Assembly: GCA_965153285.1 (NCBI GenBank)
Contig: OZ229115.1
From: Podarcis tiliguerta
Taxonomy: Eukaryota
DNA length: 64,000 nt
Direction: 5' to 3' (one strand)
Under the pieces are notes generated by a model that was not told where the DNA came from, searched no databases, and was given only the letters and a program-made list of their open reading frames with translations. Shown in pieces: positions 55,511 to 64,000 of the stretch. Position 1 is the first letter of the stretch, and every line of letters starts with the position of its first letter. A program made the translations under genes and the position numbers.

Positions 55511-58349
55511 GCAAGGCTGGTGTTTACATCAGCTGTCAAAAAGCTCATTTGCCTTCAGTTGATTTTTTTCCCCGGCCCGCCACTGAGAACTGATTTCCAC
55601 ATTGGCTAATTATATACTAGCTACCAAATTCTGTTTAATTTCTGCTTTCTCTCTCTCCAGAAACCTGTGTGTGTTTCAACAAAGGGAAAATAAATTACAA
55701 ATATGTATTTAAAAAGGGATGGCGGCAAAGCTGGGTGAACAGCCAGTTCTTGTGCTTGGAGAGATACAGAAACATATTGTTATGCTTCTCATTCCCCACA
55801 TATGTACAAATCTCATCATCTCTGATCACTGGCCAGGCAGCCATGGGGCCGATAGGAGTTGGAATCCAGTGTCTGGAGACTTATAGGCTTCCTATTCCTC
55901 CTTTTTATGCTCCTCTGCCTTTAGTATCTTTATGACGGGCAGAAGCTCAACATATGCAGATTTGCCTATTATGAAGATGCAGTAATATAATATGTTGTGA
56001 AACACACAAGGATGGAGGTGAGATGGGATAGGTAGGATGTCAGTTCACACAGAGGAGGAGGAACAGGACTACATGGATTGTTTCTGCCAGAGGGCCCTAC
56101 TGTCCCTATCAAAAGTGCAGTTCCTGTGTCATCTAGAGTGTGGCTGGTGGATACCAATAGTGGCAGCTGACCTGTATTTTTTTTTTTCCTGAATAGGGTG
56201 ATCTTAGTGCCCCCCTTGATATCATTTCAGTACTATGCAAAGACCTCCCACTTTCACAGTTTTTAAAAAACTAAGCTGTTTATTTTCATCAGGTTTTAAA
56301 GCTGCTATTCTTAATGTTTTGCATCTTGATTTGAAAACAAACCTGATAAAATTGATAGATTGTAATATGAAGATGCACTCTTGTGGTTTTTCACCTCGAT
56401 GTCACTGAATCAATGTGATGTAACAAATGTGTTTGGAATCCTCCTCTGCCTGTGTTTTGCAGAATGGGTGTCATTGTTGTGGAGCTATACTGGAAACATG
56501 CACCAAAAACTTGTAAAAATTTTGCTGAACTGGCCAGACGAGGTTACTACAATGGCACAAAGTTTCATCGGATAATCAAGGACTTCATGATTCAAGGGGG
56601 TGATCCAACAGGAACTGGTAAGAATATATTCAAAGTACCTGCTTCAGATACTGTGTTAATCAGTGCTGATGCAAACTAATGTGAATAGTAAAGGTGATGT
56701 TAGGATAGTAGATCTTGCAATCATCACCATCATCATCATCCCCCCAAATCCTGCATAGTGCTCTTGTTATGTTCTGCAAGAATGGGAGAACACATTTATC
56801 ACACTTGGTGAGGCCAAATGACCCCCTGCTGTAAGGTTACATAAAGATTTCTGACTTAACAGATGGCTGCTCTCCCTTTACTCAGAAGCATTATGATGAT
56901 ATCCATTGATAGTCAGCACTTCCTCTCTTACCAGTAAAATAAAAGGAAATCTTGGTGGTCTGGTACTGCACATTCACAAGGAACTTTCAGTATACCTTTG
57001 TCCCAACTGTGATTTTGCAAATTGATTTACCTAGTCTTGTTCTGTGACAGGAAGAGGAGGAGCATCCATTTATGGCAAGCAATTTGAAGATGAACTCCAT
57101 CCAGAACTAAAGTTTACAGGTAGGTAATCTTTTGAGAGGTGCTTCGAGTTCTTCAGGCCAAGTCTGTCACCACCTGAATATGGCAGTTTCCAAGCTTACA
57201 GATGTAAAGTTGCTTTCTGTGCAAGAGCTTCAGGGTCATGGTGGTTGGCAGAATGGATTCCCCTATTCTCTAGCCCCCTTCCTACACTCCCATAATCTGC
57301 TCTGGAAGATTGGGGGAGTGCAGGAGACTTGAGTGGGGAGGAGAGGAATAGAGAGTGCTCTTGTGCAAGCAGAAATCTACTTGCAGTGTTAGATATTGCC
57401 CTCTGGAGCCATAAGCCTGGCTTGAATCTTAAGTCAGTAAAACTTGGCATCTAAATTTGTTAACTGCTTATGCTATATAATCATGTATCATTAGGTTTCC
57501 ACTTTGCATATGAAAAATCATTTTTCAAAAAAATTCATTTAGTTATTGGTTAGTTTGCAGGAGCAGGAAGGGGATTAAACTGTCCTCATCACAGAGTATA
57601 GCTTACATTCTTTTCCCATATTGTTGTTGTAAGAAATGGGCTTCTATGTTCAAGTTTATACACCTTACACACACACCACATACATTTCCTAGCAGCCTTA
57701 GTTTAGAAGTGAAAACTTCATCCAAATGGATTTTCCAAAGAAAGTGAATAGGTGGACAGTGGTGTGTATGTTGGGGCAGGGGAGACAGGAACCATCTGAG
57801 CCAGCTGGGATGCATGAGCAGTCTTGCATTCACTATAGAGAAGTTCCATTGATCTCATAGAGTAGAGGTGGCTAACCTATGGCACTCCAGATGTTGTTGG
57901 ATCATCTTCCATTAGTCCTAGCCAGCATGGCCAGTGCTCAGGCATGCTAGAAGTTGCAGTACAGCAATACCTGGAGGTGTGGAGGTTAGGCACCTCTGTC
58001 ACAAAGTCCTGATCACTTCTAAGTACTGGTGTAGCATTTAAAAAACCAAGGTTTTCCCTTTTACTTTGTCTGTATTTAGGTACCTTTAGACTCCCAAGCC
58101 AATTTTAACATAAGATTTTCTTCTCTAGGTGCAGGAATTCTTGCTATGGCAAATGCAGGCCCTGACACCAACGGAAGCCAATTCTTTATCACGTTAGCAC
58201 CAACTCAATGGCTTGATGGGAAGCACACTATATTTGGACGTATTTGCCAAGGAATTGGCATAGTCAACAGAGTGGGCATGGTGGAAACCAATGCACAAGA
58301 TCGTCCAGTAGATGATGTCAAGCTCTTGAAGGTTTTCCCATCAGGCTAA
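55319..58349 (+). CDS. PPIL1: Peptidyl-prolyl cis-trans isomerase-like 1 (spliceosomal cyclophilin), 166 aa, gene span
   Basis: Exons 56+155+69+221 = 501 nt. [64 protein letters not shown] is near-identical to recalled human PPIL1. Confidence 0.97.
56463..56617 (+). CDS. PPIL1: PPIL1 exon 2
   Basis: [15 protein letters not shown]...GGDPTGT|gtaaga. Confidence 0.96.
57051..57119 (+). CDS. PPIL1: PPIL1 exon 3
   Basis: [22 protein letters not shown]|gtaggt. Confidence 0.96.
58129..58349 (+). CDS. PPIL1: PPIL1 exon 4 (coding part)
   Basis: [19 protein letters not shown]...KVFPSG*. Confidence 0.96.
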
Positions 58350-61300
58350 ACAAGATTTGAGAATTTTGTGTTGAATCTAATGGTGTTCCATTGTGTTTGG
58401 TCTCTTAAGATGATAATTGTTTTGTTCTGAAAGATACTTGCTAGTTTTTTAGGTGCGGGATACTCCTGTATTAAAATGTGTCTTCTAAAATTATCGTTAA
58501 CATTTCTTTAAAAATGTAAAGCTAAATTTATCAAGAAATGATTTGACAGGGCCTGTACCACCAAATTAGTGCTGTTGCTTTCTAAGCTTTATTCTGTCTT
58601 TCTCCGCGCCCCCCCCCCCCCCCGTCCACTTGGAGTGCAGCAAGCCATCTGTGTTGTAAACAAACCACCTTAAATGCACCAGAAATAAGACAATATCTAG
58701 TATTTTGTAAGTCATCAGAATTGCATATTGGGTCATGGGTGTCTGTGTGGGTCTCAAGGCAGCGCTGCCCTATACTTCCAAGTATACCTTTTACAAGTTG
58801 CATAATTGAAAATCTGTACCTAAACAAATAACCCCCCTCATCCGCATGACTATTAAAGTATAAGCACTCTAATCTTGAAAAGCCACCTTTTCCTATTATA
58901 GTGTTTGAACTTCATTAACTACAAATCCCAAAATTTGGGATCCCCTCCAAACCGGTGCCAAAGTTTTGCAGTCATTTTCATCACAAACCCCGTTTGTGGA
59001 AGCGCCTCCCAAACTGAGTAATTGATACATCAAACTGGGGTTCCTTGCAAAACAACTGCACCAGTTTGGAGGGAACCCAAAATTTCAGGGTTAGTGTTTG
59101 TTCTCAAGATAATACTGAGGGCAGAATCCAGCACTGCTTGTGTGGACTTTCACGGGTGTAGGTGGACTTCAGCTTTTCTTCCTGCCATGCAACCCCAAAA
59201 TCTGCTCTTTCCAGAGCCAAATTTGAGGGTGTAGGGAACTGCAGGGGGAGAAGAGTATGGTGGAGTCCTGCTGTATGAGTAGAAGTCTCTTCTATTTGTG
59301 CACGGACAACATTAGATACAACCTAACCAAATCTTTCAATTTATTCTGGCAAAAGGTAGCTCCAAGTAGTGCATTTTCTAGCATAGATTTGCGGCAGTGA
59401 AGTTCTGACTTCAAATCATACTTGGCACCGTCAGTTTCCACAGGCACAAAATTGTTTTTCCAAAGTTATAACAGCTATGTAGAGGGCAATGCTAACTGAT
59501 TCTAAAGTATTGCTCTATATAATGATGATACTTTAGGAAACCTTACTCCTTTCTCAGCACCTAGCAATTGTATGCAGCTCCCTGAATATGCTCTCAATTC
59601 CTCAAGAGCTCCACGGTTGGTGTCATCTCTCATTTCTGCAGAAAACTTTTATTTAGAAGCTTCACATAGGGAATCTTTCGCATGGGCCTGTTGATCCAGG
59701 AATTCTGTTCAGCATGGAAGAATCCCGGCTTGGGGGTGAGATTGATGGATGCGGCTCTCCCATATCCAGTCAGTTGCCAGGAGAGAAAACAGATACATTC
59801 CCTTTACATTCCGAATGAAGGCGATTTTTTCCCCTTCAGGCTAGGAAGATCAAAGTAATCCATGGAGCTCAGTTCCTCCCTGGAGCTGGATTAGCCCATG
59901 TCAGCACACAGTTTCTGTGGCACCCTGTTGCCTTCAAAGGCAGAAGGTTCTGGGTTACATCTGCCTGTGTTTCTTTAATGAGAGCTTGGGAGTATGATTT
60001 AGCATTTTATGATCTGCACACAAATTAACTCTGTTCAAGGGCAGCAACATGAACTTAGGGTAGGACAAAAGGATGCAAACAGCCTCACCAATATAACTTC
60101 CATGATTCCAGCTGCTCTGGCATTATGAGTAGGGCGCATTCCTTTGGCTGCTAGCAGCCCTTTTTCTGGAGCCCATGGCTTCCTACTTAATTGGCACTGT
60201 CAGAGCTGCTTTTGAACATAACCTTGTTTTCAGGCATTGGGTTTCTTTGGCCCAGTTCTAGGTGGCTAGATGCAGTTGTATGCCCTTGATCTTGGCATGT
60301 GAGCAATTTTCCCACAGTAGACAACATCAATCAACTTCAAGAGCCAGAGTCGCTATGTGATTGGAATAGTAGTGTAATGAGGCATATAGCTTACTTAGTT
60401 TTCTGAGAATGGGGCATAACAGAACATTTAACCCATGGCTGTTGCGGCTGCTCAGGGCACAAAGAGTCGGCTAGTGAGGGGGTGGGACTTTGTCTATGAA
60501 AGTCCCATAATATATTCAAGAATGCCATTCTAACCACTAGCACATGTTAGGCAACTGAGTTGCTGTTGTTCTGTTACATGGCCCCTCCCAAAATCATTTC
60601 AGCAGATCACATAACAATTATATACCCATGTTCAAAACACAGAAGGCTGTAAATGGTAATTCTTTTCCTAGTAATCAGATTCCCAGGAATCAGATTCACA
60701 TCATTGGCAATCATTTATTACATGTTTAAAAGGCTTGAAAAATGCCATAAAATTGTTTCTCAAAAAAGGCAAGATTTCATGCCTTCATGGAAAAGTCCAG
60801 TGGTTATGTTGCATCATTGATCTGGGAAGCAGACTTTCATGAGCAATATTAATGAACTGATTTATACTGCCATCAATGCATCTCTTGATCTAAAGAAGGT
60901 ATGCCTTGTTTAAATGTTTTGTGTCCTACACAATAAATTTGATCCCTGCCAGTTCTTTAGGGGCTGCTTCTGGCAACTTCAAGTGTTATTTGAATGCATT
61001 TTTATAACCAAATAAAATATTTTGTAAGTATTTATACATCCATCTCAGTTCTGTTTTTTTTATTATCATTATTTTAAAGTGCAATTGTTAATCTATATTT
61101 GAGTGGGGATTTGAACCCTGGTCTCCCAGGTCCTAGCCCAACTCTCTAACCACTACACCACACAGGCTCTCTGTAGCACCCCCTTTCCCAGAGGTTTCAT
61201 GCTCCCCAGCTCCCCATGTACCTTGGTTACATTTTCTAGAATTCTACTTCCTCTCCTCTCTCTGCATGTATATAATAAATGCTAATTATTAGTAATTGGT

Positions 61301-63006
61301 GGGACATTATGTATAATCTCTGCAGCTTTCTTCTCAATCATCTCCGGTATTCTTCTGAAGATTATGAGAATCTTCTTACAGCTTCTGCCTGAGAAGGCTA
61401 AACATTTCACGATGCTGGTTGAACTTTTCCCACCTGCCAGCAACATGAGCTTGGTGGCTCATGAACTTCACTGTCAGATTAAGCAGACCAGTTGGCACAA
61501 TTTCAGGCAAGCCAGCTTGGGTGCCCTGCACTCAGGTTCCAAGTCAGTATCAGAGTTAGGCTGTATTAAATTTGCTTGCTGCTGCTAGGTGCTGTTAACT
61601 TCCATGAGGTCCTGGGATTGATATCCTTCGATAGAGAAAATAATTGGGTTTCATGGTAGTGCCTGTGGTGGCAAGCAGCAGGGGTCAGGGGGAGCACTCT
61701 GGGCAAAGATCCCCTACCCCACATCAGGTTCCCAGAGAAAGAGGGGACCTTCCACCCCACTAAGCACTTTCAGCCGTTACTCAGCTACAATCTCTGCTTC
61801 GAAACACACATGCATTTGTTCACCTACCTTACATCACTTAAGTTGGGATAGGAGAAGTTACCATCAATGCTCTTCCAGCCTACCTATGAGATAATCTCTG
61901 TAGGGGAAACCTATTGCTGAAGAATGTTGCCTGTTGAGCAGATGGGTCAATTGGTTTGTATGATTCTTCCTCCTTGCTTATTGGCACATCCTCAAGGGTA
62001 TTGCATTCTCAGGGGCTTTTGGTTTGCTTTCATGTCTTGATTTGCTGTTTGTGCTTCAGGGATGAATGCTAGCAGGCTGTGGGAGGATCTGCTTTTGGGC
62101 TGGCTGAAAGCTGAGTGCTTGCCAGCAGTAGGACAGCAAGATTAATTAACTATACTAGCTCCGTCTGTTAGCTTAAGGTCACCTGGCAGGTGATGTACCA
62201 TCCCTCACACTACCGCAGCAATTGCTTCTAGAACAGGTGTGAGACATTTGGATACCAGGCCAGTCAGGACTAAGGGTCTAAGTACATAAATCTCTCTGAT
62301 GGATCTGACTTTTGAGCTTCAACATCAACCCAGACTAGGAGGGTGCTGTGTACTGGGCAGCCAGAGTCTGTTCTCATTCCCTGGAGCTCCTGATAACTCA
62401 AGGGGCAGGTATTTTATCTTGTTTATACAATGTTATTCTGCTTAAAGACAGCTTTTCATTCTGCGTTCAAGCCTGATACTTATAAAAGTACCAAACTTCT
62501 CTCCACTAGGGTTATTAATGCAGCAGAATCCAAAAGAACTATTGCATTTGCAAAACTATCTCCAACTATTTCCCAACCATTAGCTTCCATGAATGAAATG
62601 TATACCAATCTGGGCTATTAACAATCTTGCTTTAGAAGGGGCGGGTTGCCCAATAACTGCAACAGTCTTTTGTGCTTATTTTAACAATATGTTGTGTTTA
62701 GTTCCCATCGTTCTGCATTGATGATATGTAAAAAAGTGGGTGGGGAAGAAACTCCCCACCATACCTATCCTGGTGTTGCGACATCTTTAGCCGGCCCCTA
62801 GGCGGCAGTCTTATTCCACAGCTATTCTTCCAAATGGGCTGGCAAGATAATGCTGGATATTTTACTAGTGGCCGTCATGTGGAGCTAGAACTATGCAAGC
62901 AGGTGCTCAGGAAGGAGGAAATGCAAGCAGATTCACTGAATTGTTCAGGGCTGAAGTGGTTAAAGGTTTAAATCGGACTGCCTTGGCATTTCAAAATGTA
63001 TATAGG

Positions 63007-63194
63007 CAGGGCCGACCCAAGACATGGTGGCACTTGAGGTGAAGCACAAAATGGCACATGCCCTCCCCACCAGGGAAGGAGGAATGAGTGAAGATCTGCA
63101 TCAGGCATAAGATCTGCATTGGCATCTGATGCCCCTGTGGAATCGGCTGCCCAAGCTGGTTGCCTCACCTTGCCTCCTGGGTGAGCTCGCCCTG
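63007..63194. mobile_element. hAT-type MITE
   Basis: CAGGGCCG...CGCCCTG termini; degenerate TSD tatatagg/ggtatagg. Confidence 0.5.
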
Positions 63195-63489
63195 GGTATA
63201 GGCAGAACCTCTCCAGAATTTAATTTACAATCCCTTTTTTTAAAACTGATGTGAAGTGTATCAGCACTGCCTGGTACTCAAAGGCTTTTCACATTATGTT
63301 TTCACATTATGCACCTGAAAGTCTCCAATTACTCCCCCCCCCCCAAATAAATTAATCTCAGATTTAAAGGTTAAAATCTTCATAATTCATCACAGCATCT
63401 CTTTCAGGTCATTCCTGGGTTTCACATATGCATCAGTGGACTGATTCAAAACGCTCTGATTTCCCAGATCATGCACCTACACCCATGAC

Positions 63490-64000
63490 TAGGGATGACG
63501 GAGAAATTCCATTTTGTTTCCATTTTAATGAGAAACTATCTAATTCACGCTTCTTGAAAGAGTTTGCCAACCGAAACACAATTATCCTTAGGAATGTGTA
63601 CTTCTCCGAATTTTGTGATGCAGTTTTCCAACCAACCAGGGATCGTTCCATCAGGGAAAGGATCTTGGCTTGTCAGATGAAGACCCTCCCCTCTTTCCCC
63701 CACATTCTGTTCTGGAGGTTCCCCTGAGCCTCCATTGCAGAAGAGAAAATCCTTCTGAAGGGCTTCCGCTGACAGGACTCATTAGTTGGATCATACCCAA
63801 TGTGTGTGGAAATAATATATGAGGGGAAACGTGTGTACAAAAATGCACGTGTTAGTGGAAATATTAAAATCTGCATCATATTAGGAAGAAAAGCTTGCAA
63901 ATATTGGGAGAAATTTGCACTAAAATGATATTATTTTTTTAAAAAAAAGCTTCACAAAATGCAGAAAAACAAATGTGGAAAAATGAGAAATGGAAAGAAA
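63490..64000. mobile_element. DNA-transposon-like repeat running off the window, apparently with a nested insertion at about 63637-63797
   Basis: TAGGGATG start; AT-rich degenerate internal repeats (aaaatgca..tattagg); resembles a common lizard repeat from memory only. Confidence 0.4.

Noticed and set aside
54883-55593. 236-aa ORF across the promoter
   Set aside because: Stop-poor GC-rich CpG island, and out of frame with PPIL1.
56893-56965. C/D-box snoRNA in PPIL1 intron 2 (ATGATGA)
   Set aside because: No suitably placed CTGA D box or terminal stem.
61566-61626. Last coding exon of SORT1 (DLME..) or MYBPHL on -
   Set aside because: It lacks the expected DLLE-stop ending and no matching upstream exon is present in the window.
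1-64000. CRISPR array, operon or prokaryotic defence system
   Set aside because: This is spliced vertebrate DNA; recurring short repeats are dispersed MITEs, not regularly spaced arrays.

Overview
Vertebrate genomic DNA, most likely from a squamate (probably lacertid) lizard, judged from two full-length Sauria SINEs. Three intron-containing genes can be rebuilt by hand. (1) The 3' part of the adhesion GPCR CELSR2 on + has 32 coding exons, 1808..39304. All introns are GT-AG and phase-consistent, and the exons cover LamG, EGF, EGF-Lam, HRM, GAIN/GPS, 7TM and the cytoplasmic tail; the 3' UTR probably runs to AATAAA at 44164. (2) PSRC1/DDA3 on - runs from ATG 53563 to a probable stop at 45042 (about 407 aa) and lies tail-to-tail with CELSR2. 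(3) PPIL1 on + has 4 exons, 55319..58349, 166 aa, and lies head-to-head with PSRC1 across a small CpG-island promoter. Introns carry Sauria SINEs, tRNA-Lys-headed and 5S-rRNA-headed SINEs sharing a CR1-type tail, Penelope remnants with decayed hammerhead cores, two solo LTRs, and many hAT and Tc1/mariner MITEs. The most notable observations are an alternative CELSR2 terminal acceptor giving a class I PDZ-binding C-terminus (-SDETSI*), the PSRC1/PPIL1 bidirectional promoter (not the human gene order), a chimeric 5S/CR1 SINE, an overlapping uORF in PSRC1, and a solo LTR almost filled by an acidic ORF. Gene identities rest on recalled similarity to human proteins; no database search was run. Most entries in the supplied ORF track are spurious.
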